Shown here in pieces: positions 8,985 to 19,396 of a stretch of DNA of 64,000 nt. Under the pieces are notes generated by a model. It was not told the origin of the DNA. It did no database searches and was given only the letters and a program-made list of their open reading frames with translations. Each line of letters opens with the position of its first letter. Within the stretch, counting starts at the first letter, position 1. The position numbers and the translations under genes were made by a program. Origin of the DNA: an uncultured delta proteobacterium (lineage in GTDB: Bacteria > Myxococcota_A > Polyangia > Polyangiales > Polyangiaceae). The stretch covers positions 192,001-256,000 of the forward strand of contig CAWJCS010000004.1 of NCBI GenBank assembly GCA_963841435.1. Reading direction: 5' to 3'.

Positions 8985-11013
8985 TCAGAAGCTGACGGAC
9001 GCGACCGAAGACTTGCCGGGCGACGTGGTCACGTTGAGGGACTTTCTCCCCTTCGACGGGTGGACGAACACGATCGCGTGCGCGCCGGGCGACACGCTGA
9101 CCTCGCGCGGGGTCGATCCGAGCGGCCGCCCGTCGAGCACGACGTTGGACGCGGGGCTCGACGTGATGCTCAGCGTGCCGAGCTCGGTCGCGACGACGGG
9201 CTCGCTCTCGCTCGTGTCTTCGAGGACGACCGCCGCGGCGGCGGCGCGGGCGACCGATGACACAGCGTCGTGTCCAGTCGTCCGTGTCTCGGCAATTTCG
9301 ACGATGACGTCCTTTTCGGCGTTCTGATCGCTGAAAATCGACGGTCTTCTCGAGCAGCAGCGCGCCCCTTCGTGACACGCTGACGCGATAGGTGCCGGTG
9401 GGTTCCACTTCGACACGTGCGGGCAGCTCCTCGACCTCGCGGGTGACCCCTTTCCCGCTGATCTCGACGGTGACCCCCTCGGCGCCGAAGCCGGGGATCA
9501 GCCGGATCGCTCCGGGCACGAGCGGGATAGTTGGCTCGAGAACGAGCAGGCGCCTCGGGTCGAGCTCGATCTCCTGTTCGAACGGAGTGTAGCGGGGGTT
9601 GCCCGAGAGCTGCAGGCGGTGTTTGCCCGGATTGAGCCCCCTGAGCGTCGTCGGTGCCATGCCAATCTCGCGCCCATCGAGGAACACGTGGAAGCCGGGT
9701 GCGGGGGCTCGAACCTCCAAGGCGGCACGGTCGTCGGGGAGGAGCGCGAAGTGGATCGCTTCCTCGGCGCCGCGCCCCACGGTGAGCGACTTGCTCGCGC
9801 TCCTTCGGTAGGCGGGGGCCTCGACGCTCAGCAAGTGAGGGCCGCTCGACACGGTGACGCGGCAGGGCGCCGGCGTGCAGGCCTTCATGCCGTCGACGAA
9901 CACGACGGCTTCGGACACCATGGCATCGAGGGGCCCTGCAGCGGTCACGAGCACGCGTCCCGTCTTCGGAAGAAGCGCCCATGCGGCGAGCCCTGCGGCG
10001 GTGACCATAGCGACGAGGAACGCCAAAACCGCGCGACCGCCACCGCGCGGCGGTCGCTTCACCACCGTCTGGTCGTCGTCAACGGAAATGAACCACGGAG
10101 CGTCGCTCGTGGTCGTGGGCTTCGTCCTCGCTCCGGATAGCGGCCGCGGGAGCTTGCGCGGAGGCGGCACGAGCGACTCGAGAGACGGCGGAAAAAGGCT
10201 GACATTCGGCTTCGACTCGACGAGCGGCGGCGGAAGGTCGGAGAGGCGCGGCCGCCGTTTCACGGCCGGCGGAGCCGCGTCGTCCGATGCGAGCGCGAGC
10301 GCGAGCGTGGCGGGCGTTGTGGTCGGCACCGGATCGGCGAGCAGCGACGACAGCTGGAGCTCGTCCGTCTCGAGCCGCAGAAGACCTCGGGCGGCGGCTA
10401 TCGGGGACTCTAATGTGCCCGGCGCGTGCGCCTCGGCAGTGGCGGGCGCCACGTCACTGTCGGTGAGGGCGGGCGGTTCGTCTTGCACGACGGTCTTCTC
10501 GTCGTTGTCATCGTCATCATCCTCGACGCGGGCCTGGACGATGGTTTTCTCGTCGTCATCGTCGTCGGGCATCGCGGGCGGCGCCGGATCGGTGTCGTGC
10601 TCCGCCCCCCTGAAGGTTGCGGTATCGGGCCCCTCCTCGTCGGACGTTGCGGCGTCGGGCGCCGCCTGGTCGGAGGCTTGGGCGTCAGTCGCCGCCAAGA
10701 GCGCGGCTAAGAGCGGGGTCGATGCGACCTTCGTGATCTCGTCGTAGGCGCCAGCGACCGTGACCGCGTCGTTCGGCGTGTCATCGGGCGCTCCGGGGTC
10801 GGCTGCGTCGGGCGGCTGGTCCGACGGGGGGCCGACGAGCGTCCGCTTCACGTTCACTCGGTCGTCCTCGAGGTACGCTGTCGTCGCGGCAACGCGCGGC
10901 TCCTCTTCCCTGACCGGCGGTCCGAGGCCGACGAACGTCGCGGGCGGTGGCGACGGAGATGGCGTCGGCGCTGCGGAGGCGTCGCTCGGCTCGGGGCCCG
11001 TCTTGTCCTTCAT
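8985..11013 (-). CDS. bitopic PEGA-domain protein (apparent +1 frameshift near 9335)
   Basis: Acidic Pro-rich N-terminus, one TM helix (AVLAFLVAMVTAAGLAAWALL), and PEGA repeats VFVDG..TP, VFLDG..G.AP and, after the shift, VVLDGRPLGSTP...PGAH. Confidence 0.75.
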
Positions 11014-11444
11014 CCCGTTCTCCGCAGTTCCCGTTTTCGCGGCTCGAGCGCCATGGCTCGTCGGCGCCCGGAGAGTAGCCCTCGAAGGCCGCCGTGCACG
11101 CGAATATTCGCCTTCCCCATCCGCCATCCGGCACAAACGCCACAGGGCTTTCCGCCCACGGTTAACTCCGGTTTGGGAAAGGCGAATGATTCTCGCTCTG
11201 GTCAATCGACCGTCGGCGGTGAACGTCAGCGGGTCGAAAGCTCGGCGATGCGCGCCCGCACGATGTCACGAGTCCGCCCGAGGTCGACGAGGCCCGCCTC
11301 GCTCAGGCTCGAAACCGTTCCTTTACGACGCTTGCGACGCTCGTCAACCTCACGGCCGTGCGCGCGCCACCACGTTTCCTCGTTCGAGCCACGCCGAACC
11401 AAACCCCGGACGCCGTAACCTCTTGCGACGCCGGCCGCGACGCC

Positions 11445-11936
11445 CTACATGAGCGTGCCTTCGCCGCGCCGAAGCTTCTGTTTCGGCGTCTCGCGTGCGG
11501 CGCGCGCGGAGTCGTCGGCGGCCGCCTGAGCTCGGGCCCGTTCCCGCTCCGCGAGCATTTCGAGCTCGACGTAGCCTTCGGCGAGGCGCCGCAGCATGAC
11601 AGGGTAATCGGGGGAGCGTTCGGGTGTGCTCGCGAGGACGGCCTCGAGGCGCCGGAGCTCCAGCATGAGAAGCCTGCGCGACGCGTGCTCGATGGGTGTC
11701 GCCTTCGCCCTGTCGGCCGCAAGCGTCGGGTCCGGCTTTGGGATGGGCTTTGCGGCGTGCGGCGCGGGAGGCGTGGTCCGCGAAAGCTGCGCGCGCGCGT
11801 GCGTGGTCCCGTCAACGCAGCCACCCAGCGTGGGTCGCTGATCGTTTCGGCAGCGCCTACCGGTGGGCTCGGCGGCGGCGGTCGATGCGACCAACAGAAA
11901 CGATAGGCCTGCGACGGCGCGTCGATGAAGTGGCAT
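11445..11936 (-). CDS. small secreted helical protein (TPR-like fragment)
   Basis: Signal peptide, then LELRRLEAVLASTP..SPDYP..LRRLAEGYVELE. Confidence 0.55.
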   Translation of the reverse strand: MPLHRRAVAGLSFLLVASTAAAEPTGRRCRNDQRPTLGGCVDGTTHARAQLSRTTPPAPHAAKPIPKPDPTLAADRAKATPIEHASRRLLMLELRRLEAVLASTPERSPDYPVMLRRLAEGYVELEMLAERERARAQAAADDSARAARETPKQKLRRGEGTLM

Positions 11937-12184
11937 GCAGCGTGAGACACGCGCGTCGAGGCCTCGCTTTGGCAGGCGCAGGTCGGGGGGCGGACCGAGC
12001 CGGTGCAACGCTCGCCATCCGTGGCGTTGCTGCGGGGTTACTGACCTTTCAGCAGGGCCGAAGCTCGGCCGCGTCATTTTTGCACTACCCACGCTGCCGC
12101 TGGGGTGTAGGTAAGTAGGCGATAGGTGATGCCGTCCCTCGGGCACTTCCGAGTCACCGCGGGGAAAGACCCAGACCAACCGTC

Positions 12185-13207
12185 ATGAAGCTCCGCTATC
12201 GAGCCGATCTTCGTTCGCTTGCGTTCGTCGGCATCTACTTTGCTCTTTTCGCCTGGCAGTGGCTTGCCGCCCCGAGCTGGCTCGTCGCTCAGGGGCTGCT
12301 CCTTTCGGCGACGTGCGTGTTCTCGTTTCTCGGCGCCGTCATCACGCACAACTCGATCCACTCGCCCGTGTTCACCTCGCGGACTCGTAACCGCGTGTTC
12401 CAGGTGATCCTCTCGCTCACCTACGGCTCTCCCGTCAGCTCGTACGTGCCTGGCCACAACCTGAGCCACCACAAGCACACACAGACCGAGCGAGACGTGA
12501 TGCGCACCACGAAGGTTCGTTACGAATCGAACCTGCTCAACATGCTCGTGTTCGTGCCTCGCGTCGCGCTTGCCATCGCGAAGAACAACGTCGTTTACAC
12601 CCGGTCGATGCGCGATCACCACCGCGCCTGGTTCAGGCAGTTTCGCATCGAGCAATTCGTCGTCTTCGGGATCACCCTTTTCCTGTTCGTGCTCGACTGG
12701 AGAAGGGCGCTGGTTTACTGGCTAATTCCGCACCTTTATGCGGCGTGGGGCGTCATCGGCATGAACTACCTGCAGCACGATGGCTGCGACGTGACGAGCC
12801 CCTTCAATCACTCGCGCAACTTCGTCGGCAAGGCCATCAATTGGTGGACGTTCAACAACGGCTACCACGGCATGCACCACCTCAATCCCGGCCTCCACTG
12901 GTCGCTACTGCCCGCCGCGCACGCCGCGCGTGTTGCCCCGTTCGTCAACTCGCGCCTCGAAGAGCCCGCCTTCCACCGCTACCTGTTCCGCACGTTCGTA
13001 TGGCCCGGCAGGCGACGGACGTTCGACGGGCGACTCGTCGAGCTACCGCCGCTCACGGGTGACACCAACTGGGTGCCCCGGCCCGAGGAAACACCGGACG
13101 ATCTCGGTGCCGTAACGGTGGAGTACCCGATGAAGATTGCCGTGCCGCCCGGCGAGATGCCGTCCGTCGCTGACACCGGCTCCGACCGGGGCGCAACCGC
13201 CGTCTGA
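12185..13207 (+). CDS. membrane fatty acid desaturase family protein
   Basis: His boxes HNSIH, HNLSHH and (QH...)HGMHH, plus TM segments. Confidence 0.9.
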   Translation: MKLRYRADLRSLAFVGIYFALFAWQWLAAPSWLVAQGLLLSATCVFSFLGAVITHNSIHSPVFTSRTRNRVFQVILSLTYGSPVSSYVPGHNLSHHKHTQTERDVMRTTKVRYESNLLNMLVFVPRVALAIAKNNVVYTRSMRDHHRAWFRQFRIEQFVVFGITLFLFVLDWRRALVYWLIPHLYAAWGVIGMNYLQHDGCDVTSPFNHSRNFVGKAINWWTFNNGYHGMHHLNPGLHWSLLPAAHAARVAPFVNSRLEEPAFHRYLFRTFVWPGRRRTFDGRLVELPPLTGDTNWVPRPEETPDDLGAVTVEYPMKIAVPPGEMPSVADTGSDRGATAV

Positions 13208-13381
13208 GCGCCGCACCCGGCGACGCGGCGCGGTGCGCTCGCCGGACGCGCCCTCGGGGCACGGTCCCGGGGCGCGCCGAGCCACCGAGGGCGCCGGGGG
13301 ATGGCGAGCGTGGGGCCGCGCTGCCTTAGCGTCCCGGATGCGATTCTCCGCGCCCTTGCACGGCGAACAGGGAGAATATTC

Positions 13382-13418
13382 GGCATTAAAAATGCCAGTT
13401 TGCCCGATTCCGGGCAAA
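13382..13418. promoter_or_regulatory. two adjacent inverted repeats in the AT-rich promoter upstream of the glmS operon
   Basis: GGCATT-AAA-AATGCC (13382-13396) and TTTGCCCG-ATTC-CGGGCAAA (13399-13418). Confidence 0.55.
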
Positions 13419-13457
13419 AAAGTAGTCAGGGCCGGTACGGCGTGAGAGAGTGGCGGG

Positions 13458-13724
13458 GTGAGCGTCGCAGTCTCGGACGTGAGAAAGCGGCTCGAGGGCA
13501 TCGTGGGGCTGAGCCGCGAGCAGGCCGCTCGCGCCGTCGACGAGGTGCTCGACACGCTCGAGCTCGAGGTGGACGAGTTCATCCAGCTCCGGCACGCGGA
13601 GCTCCGCGCCGAGGGACAGGACAATCCGTCGATCTTCGAGCGCATCGTGAGCGAGCTACACACGCTGCGCTTCAAGGCACCACGCCTCACGGCGCGACAG
13701 ATCCGACGACGCATTTACGGCTGA
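13458..13724 (+). CDS. small protein encoded directly upstream of glmS
   Basis: 88 aa, GLSREQAARAVDEVL...FIQLRHAEL...RQIRRRIYG; 16 bp before glmS. Confidence 0.75.
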   Translation: MSVAVSDVRKRLEGIVGLSREQAARAVDEVLDTLELEVDEFIQLRHAELRAEGQDNPSIFERIVSELHTLRFKAPRLTARQIRRRIYG

Positions 13725-13740
13725 ACGAGGAGAGCGACTG

Positions 13741-15570
13741 ATGTGCGGGATCATGGGTTACGTCGGCCGCGACGCGGCTTGGGAAATCGTGATGGGCGGG
13801 CTCCGGCGCCTCGAGTATCGCGGCTACGACTCGACCGGCATCGCGACCGTCTCGAAGAAAAAGCTGCGGCTCGTGCGCTGCGTGGGTCAGCTGAGCGCCC
13901 TCGCCGACGCCAATCCAGAGGGTCTCCCGGGCAGCATCGGCATCGGCCACACGCGCTGGGCGACGCACGGCGGTGTCACGGAGGAGAACGCGCACCCGCA
14001 TCTCGACTCCCGCGGGCGCATCGCGATCGTGCACAACGGCATCATCGACAACGTCGAGGCGCTGCGTGCCGAGCTTTCGGCCGGCGGCGTGCGCTTCCGC
14101 TCCGACACGGACACCGAGGTCCTGGCCGAGCTCATCGGCCGCGGGGTGGAGCAGGGCCAGAGCCTGCACGACGCCGTGGTCGGTGCCATGAAGCGCATCG
14201 AGGGCACCGCGGGCCTCATCGCGCTCGACCAGGCCGATCCGGACCGGCTCGTCGCCGCGCGGCTCGGTAGCCCGGTGGTGGTCGGGCTCGGCGACGGCGC
14301 GACCTGGGTCGCTTCCGACGCCATCGCGCTCCGCCCCTACACCGATCGCATGATCGTGCTCGACGAGGGCGAGGTGGCGGATCTGACGCCAAGCTCGATC
14401 AAGACCGTGGATCTCGAGCAGAACAGCCGCGAAAAGCGCATCGAGAAGATCCTGCACCAGCCCGACGACGCCGACATCGGGTCGTTTCCTCATTTCATGC
14501 TCAAGGAGATCTTCGAGCAGCCCGCGGCGCTCGATCGCTCGATGCGCGGCCGGCTCGATCCCGTGGCGGGGTCTTCGCGCCTGGGAGGCCTGCAGACCCA
14601 CGAGAGCAGACTGTTCGACATCCAGCGCGTCGTTATCTTTGCCTGCGGCACGAGCCTCTACAGTGCGCAGGTGGGCGCCTACCTGATGAGCCGCTACGCC
14701 CGCATGCCGACGACCGCCGAGGACGCGGCGGAGCTCGCGGTGAGAAACCCCATCGTCGATCGGCAGACGCTCTACATCGCCATCTCCCAGAGCGGGGAGA
14801 CGGCCGACACCCTCTCGGCGCTACGCGAAATCCGGCAGAGGGGCGGGCTCCTCGCGGGCATCACCAACGTGGTCGGCAGCTCGCTATCGCGCGAGACCGA
14901 CTTTGGCGTGTACGTGCACGCGGGCCCGGAAATCAGCGTCGCCTCCACGAAGGCGTTCACGGCGCAGGTGCTCGCTACCGAGCTTTTGGCGCTCCGCTTC
15001 GCGCGCATGCGCGATCTGTCGGCGAGCGAGGGTCGAGCGTGGGTGAACGGGCTCGAGCGACTGTCGAGCCAGATGCTCCAGCTGCTCGAGCAGGCGCCCG
15101 TGTGCCAGGAGCTGGCGGCGCGCTTCCACTCCGCTCGTTTCACGATGTTCGTGGGGCGCGGCGCCAACGTCGCCGTGGCGTGCGAGGGGGCGCTCAAGCT
15201 CAAGGAAATCTCGTATCTTCCGGCCGAGGGGCTCTCGGGCGCCGCCATGAAGCACGGCCCGCTCGCGCTCATCGAGCAAGGGAGCCCCGTGTGGGCTCTG
15301 GTGCCACCCGACGAGACACGCGAGCGCATGCTCGGCAATCTGCGTGAGCTCAAAGCGCGTGGCGCGTTCATCATGGCCGTGGCGGCCCACGACGACGAGG
15401 AGACGCGCGCGCTGGTCGACCGCGTCATCCCGCTGCCTGCTCACCACCCCGCGCTCTCGCCCATCCTGAACGCCGTGCCGCTGCAACTTTACGCGTACTA
15501 CGTGGCGCTCGCGAACGGCTACAACATCGACCGCCCCAGAAATCTCGCGAAGTCGTTGACGGTGCTCTAG
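13741..15570 (+). CDS. glmS: glutamine--fructose-6-phosphate transaminase
   Basis: MCGI, LEYRGYDS, GHTRWATHG, SQSGETADT, LKLKEISY, KHGP, PRNLAKS; RBS GAGGAG. Confidence 0.97.
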   Translation: MCGIMGYVGRDAAWEIVMGGLRRLEYRGYDSTGIATVSKKKLRLVRCVGQLSALADANPEGLPGSIGIGHTRWATHGGVTEENAHPHLDSRGRIAIVHNGIIDNVEALRAELSAGGVRFRSDTDTEVLAELIGRGVEQGQSLHDAVVGAMKRIEGTAGLIALDQADPDRLVAARLGSPVVVGLGDGATWVASDAIALRPYTDRMIVLDEGEVADLTPSSIKTVDLEQNSREKRIEKILHQPDDADIGSFPHFMLKEIFEQPAALDRSMRGRLDPVAGSSRLGGLQTHESRLFDIQRVVIFACGTSLYSAQVGAYLMSRYARMPTTAEDAAELAVRNPIVDRQTLYIAISQSGETADTLSALREIRQRGGLLAGITNVVGSSLSRETDFGVYVHAGPEISVASTKAFTAQVLATELLALRFARMRDLSASEGRAWVNGLERLSSQMLQLLEQAPVCQELAARFHSARFTMFVGRGANVAVACEGALKLKEISYLPAEGLSGAAMKHGPLALIEQGSPVWALVPPDETRERMLGNLRELKARGAFIMAVAAHDDEETRALVDRVIPLPAHHPALSPILNAVPLQLYAYYVALANGYNIDRPRNLAKSLTVL

Positions 15571-15763
15571 CCCGCTGACTCGGCGAGCACCTTTTTGCGG
15601 GAGGGTTTTTTTGGGGTTGAGGCGACCCTGGTTCGTCGCCGAAATGAGGTCGAGGCGCGCCGTTCCACGGACGGCCCCGGCAACACGCGGCATCAACGGC
15701 CTGCTGAGAGCGCATGCCCTCGCTCGAGTCCGACGCGCGTGTCGCCGCGCGGCTTGGCTCGGC

Positions 15764-16060
15764 ATGGAACTTCGTGCAATCGACGCGGTCAACCGAGGAG
15801 TGCAACGCGTTCTCGTCGGCGTGCTCGCGATGGCGCTTCCAAGCTGCGCGGCGGGGCAGGGAAGGCCCGACGTGCGCGGCGGTGGGAGCGTGGCCGCGGA
15901 CGCGCGCAGCCTGTCCGCAGCTTCGAGCGTCGAGGTGCGCACCGGCGTGTTGGTGCTCGCAGCACAGGCGAGCGCGCGGCGCTCACGACGCGGCCGTCGC
16001 ACCGGCGTTTCCGCCGGGCTCGCGTTCTCCTTCGGTGACCCGCTGCGCGAGCCGGAGTGA
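15764..16060 (+). CDS. possible small lipoprotein
   Basis: Hydrophobic stretch ending in LAMALPSC; fills the intergenic gap. Confidence 0.35.
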   Translation: MELRAIDAVNRGVQRVLVGVLAMALPSCAAGQGRPDVRGGGSVAADARSLSAASSVEVRTGVLVLAAQASARRSRRGRRTGVSAGLAFSFGDPLREPE

Positions 16061-16144
16061 GGGCTCGTGCACGAGGCGTCGCGGTGGGGACGCCTTCGGT
16101 GGCGTGGCCGGGCGTTCGCGAGCCGTGGGTGATAGGACGTGGGC

Positions 16145-17264
16145 ATGACGCCGGCCGACGAGAGGGAGCGCATCCGCAGGGTGGTGTTGGTGGTGCTCGT
16201 GAGCGCGATCACGGCCCTCTTTCTCTGGATGATCCGCGAGTTCTTGATGGCGCTCCTGCTCGCGGCGATCGTCGCCGGCATTTTGCAGCCCGCCTACCGG
16301 CGCGTGCTCGCCCGTTTGGGTGGTCGGCGCAGCCTCGCGGCGGGTGTCGTCGTCGGGCTCTTGACCCTGCTCGGCATTGCACCGCTCGCGGGGCTCGCCG
16401 TGCTCGCCGGCGTGCAGGCCGCAGCGCTCGTGAAGGCGGCCGATCCCGTCATCCGCGCAAGCCTCGCGGGCGGTTCGCTCGTGCACCGGCTCGTCGAGCA
16501 CTTCCCGCGGCTCTCGATGCTCGAGAAGTACGAAGCGCCGATCACCGAGAAGCTCGGTGAGCTCGGTGCGAGCGTCGGCAAGGTCATCGTCGGAGTGTTC
16601 ACGGCGGCTGCGGGCGAGACGCTTTCCTTCCTCCTGATCGCCTTCGTGCTGCTCTACGCCATCTTCTACTTTCTCGTGGGCGGTCGCGAGGTCCTGAGGA
16701 CGCTGCTCTACTATTCGCCGCTCCCCTCGGCCGACGAGGATCGCCTCGTGGGGCGGTTCCTGTCGGTGACGCGCGCGACGCTCAAGGGAACGCTGGTCGT
16801 CGGGCTCGTGCAGGGAACGCTCGGTGGGCTCGGCCTGTGGGCGGCGGACATCGGCGGCGCCGTTTTCTGGGGGGTCGTCATGACGATCCTTTCCGTCATT
16901 CCGAGTCTCGGGGTCGCCATCGTCTGGGTCCCTGCCGTCGTTTACCTCTACGCGACCGGCCACACGGTGGCCGCCACGCTGCTCCTGGCCTGGTGCACGC
17001 TCGTCGTGTCGACCGTTCGACAACGTCCTCCGCCCGGCGCTCGTCGGCAAGGACACCGAGATGCCCGACCTTCTGATCTTGCTTTCGACGATGGGGGGTA
17101 TCGCGCTTTTCGGGATCATGGGATTCGTCATCGGTCCATTGATTGCGGGCATGTTCGTGACGGCGTGGGAGATCTACGGTGAAGTCTTTCGCGACGTGCT
17201 GCCCGAGGTCCTGCCGCTTTCGGGGCGAGCGGCGGAGGCGCCGAGCACCGACTCGAGCCCCTAG
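16145..17264 (+). CDS. AI-2E (PerM/UPF0118) family transporter (apparent +1 frameshift near 17016)
   Basis: Multiple TM helices and IP.LG.AIVWVP. The corrected frame gives DNVLRP.LVG and STMGGIALFG..GFVIGP. Confidence 0.88.
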
Positions 17265-17361
17265 CCCCGCCCATTCACCGCTCGCGTACTAGTCATTTCG
17301 TGCGGGGTACGCCGTCGCTCTCCCCAGGAGAGCGGTAATTGGGCATGCTACGTTCAGCATC

Positions 17362-19002
17362 GTGTCCGAGTCCTTGAGTTACGTCGACGGACGCTACCGC
17401 CTGATAGCGCGCGTCGGTCAAGGCGGGATGGGCGTCGTCTACAGGGCGGTCCATGCGCTCACGGGTCGCGGGTGCGCCCTCAAGCTTCTGCGCTCGACCT
17501 GGATCGGCAACGCGGAGGTCACGCAGCGATTCTTCATCGAGGCGCGCGCGGCGACGCGTATCGCGCACGCGAACATCGTCGAGGTCATCGATGCGGGGTA
17601 TTCGGCCGCCGGGCCATACCTTGCGATGGAATGGCTGGACGGCGAGACGCTCGCCACCGTGATTCGGCGGGAGCAGCGTCTTTCGCTCGAGCAGACGCTC
17701 GCCATCGTCAAGCAGGTGCTCTCGGCGCTCGAGGCGGCGCACCGGGCCGGGATCGTGCATCGCGACATCAAGCCGGCCAACGTCTTCCTCACGAGCCGCG
17801 AGCGCCGGGCTCATCGCGTCAAGGTGCTCGACTTCGGCGTCGCGAAGATGCTCGAGTCGTCGGGGTCGCTCACCGAGTCGGGGCACGTGCTCGGGACGAC
17901 CGAGTATCTGTCGCCGGAGCAGGTGCAGGGCTCCGACGGCGTCGACGGGCGGAGCGATCTGTTCGCCGTCGGCATCCTTCTGTTCCAGCTTTTGAGCGGC
18001 ACGTCGCCGTTTCGAGGTCCGAACGGCGTCACGACGAGCTATCGCATCGTTCACACCGAGGCCCCACGGCTCGCCGAGGCCGGCGGTCCCGACGACCCAC
18101 GGCTCCAGGCTATCCTCGACCGCGCGCTCGCGAAGCGCCCCGAGGAGCGTTTTTCGAGCGCGAACGAGCTGTCCCTGGCTCTCGACGGGCTACTACCGGA
18201 GCTCGATCACGAGGCGGCGCTCCGCTCGCTCGCGCTCCAGGCGCAAGTCGAGATCGAGGGCGACGCTCCCACCGGGGTCCGCATGCAGCATCCCTCGGGC
18301 GTCCCAGGCCCGAACTCACCGACGCCCGTGGGGGTCGAGCGGGCGCCGTCGTCGCCGCGCGTGTCGCGCATCGGGGGGGCGACGCGAAGCCCCGACCCCG
18401 GTCAGGAAGCGCGCCGCGGGCGGCCCTCCGCGAAGCCCGACGCCCGCTCCGAAGAGCGCGTGCTCTCTGGCCGGGTCTTGCGGGCCCTTTACCGCACCAC
18501 GCTCATGCGGCACGGCACCGATGTCGTCCGCGCCGCGCTCCAAGAGTCATCGAGCGGCAAGCGGGTCGCCCTGGACGAGCGTATCGATCCGCATGCGCGT
18601 TACGAGCTCTCGGCGTTCGATCGCTACTGTGAGGGGTTGGCGTCGGTGCTCGGCGAGACGGATCTGCGCTACTGGCACGAGCACGGACAGGCCTCCGTCG
18701 AGGCGGAGCTCGTGGTCGAGCTACGCGCGATCTTCCGGGAGCACGCGCCGCTCGCCCTCGCCGAGGCGGCGCTGCCGCTCTGGGCCTCGCTGTTCGATTT
18801 CGGCACCTTTCGACTCGAGACGAGCGAAGGAAACGCGCATGCCGTGTGCGTGGACGACTTCGAGCGCGCCAGCCCGTCCCTCCAGGCCTGGGTGGCGGGC
18901 CTCGTGGAGCAGACCTTCCGCGCGGCAGGCCTCGCGGGCGCGACCGTGAAGACGACTCACGCCCGCGAAGGCACGCCGCTGACCTTGATTCTGCGTTTCT
19001 GA
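17362..19002 (+). CDS. Ser/Thr protein kinase with C-terminal myxobacterial DUF2378/V4R-like domain
   Basis: GQGGMG, ALK, HRDIKPAN, DFG, YLSPEQ; C-terminal LWASLFDFG...WVAGLVE. Confidence 0.9.
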   Translation: MSESLSYVDGRYRLIARVGQGGMGVVYRAVHALTGRGCALKLLRSTWIGNAEVTQRFFIEARAATRIAHANIVEVIDAGYSAAGPYLAMEWLDGETLATVIRREQRLSLEQTLAIVKQVLSALEAAHRAGIVHRDIKPANVFLTSRERRAHRVKVLDFGVAKMLESSGSLTESGHVLGTTEYLSPEQVQGSDGVDGRSDLFAVGILLFQLLSGTSPFRGPNGVTTSYRIVHTEAPRLAEAGGPDDPRLQAILDRALAKRPEERFSSANELSLALDGLLPELDHEAALRSLALQAQVEIEGDAPTGVRMQHPSGVPGPNSPTPVGVERAPSSPRVSRIGGATRSPDPGQEARRGRPSAKPDARSEERVLSGRVLRALYRTTLMRHGTDVVRAALQESSSGKRVALDERIDPHARYELSAFDRYCEGLASVLGETDLRYWHEHGQASVEAELVVELRAIFREHAPLALAEAALPLWASLFDFGTFRLETSEGNAHAVCVDDFERASPSLQAWVAGLVEQTFRAAGLAGATVKTTHAREGTPLTLILRF

Positions 19003-19016
19003 GCTGGTGAGCCGGC

Positions 19017-19352
19017 TCAGACGGCTTCGACGATGATGCGCCCGAAGCGTTTGCGGAAGCTCGCGACGAGCTTCTTGACCTGGGCTGGTGTCGCGAGGAG
19101 CCGCAACACTTCCTTCTTCGTCAAGCGATCGAGCTTGAAGGGAGCGATCGTCCGCTCGGGCGACTTCAGGAGCTGCCCGAGGAACTTGGGGTCCGCGACG
19201 GCGCGCCCGATCAGCGCGTGGAGGCCGACCTGGGGTTTCGCGCCGCCCCGGCGCTTCTTCGCCTTGCGGCGACGCTTCCTTTTAGGAGCCGCGCTCGGCG
19301 CGGGCCCCGCCGCCTTCGTCGTTTTGCGGGTTTTTTTCTTTCTTGCAGCCAT
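19017..19352 (-). CDS. small protein: Lys/Arg-rich N-terminus plus NHLP (nitrile hydratase leader peptide)-like helix
   Basis: LHALIGRAVADPKFLGQLLKSP matches the LI.RA..D..F...LL..P NHLP/Os1348-type leader pattern; RBS GAGGAG. Confidence 0.7.
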   Translation of the reverse strand: MAARKKKTRKTTKAAGPAPSAAPKRKRRRKAKKRRGGAKPQVGLHALIGRAVADPKFLGQLLKSPERTIAPFKLDRLTKKEVLRLLATPAQVKKLVASFRKRFGRIIVEAV

Positions 19353-19396
19353 GGGGAGCTCCTCGGGTTCGCTGGGTTGATGGACAATCGTGCGAT

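Noticed and set aside
13205-13457. glmS ribozyme upstream of glmS
   Set aside because: AGCGCC at about 13207 is part of a GC-rich hairpin after the desaturase stop. The other conserved ribozyme elements are not recognisable and a CDS intervenes.
15571-15616. Intrinsic terminator after glmS
   Set aside because: T-runs are present but the stem is irregular and separated from the T7 tract; not confidently supportable.
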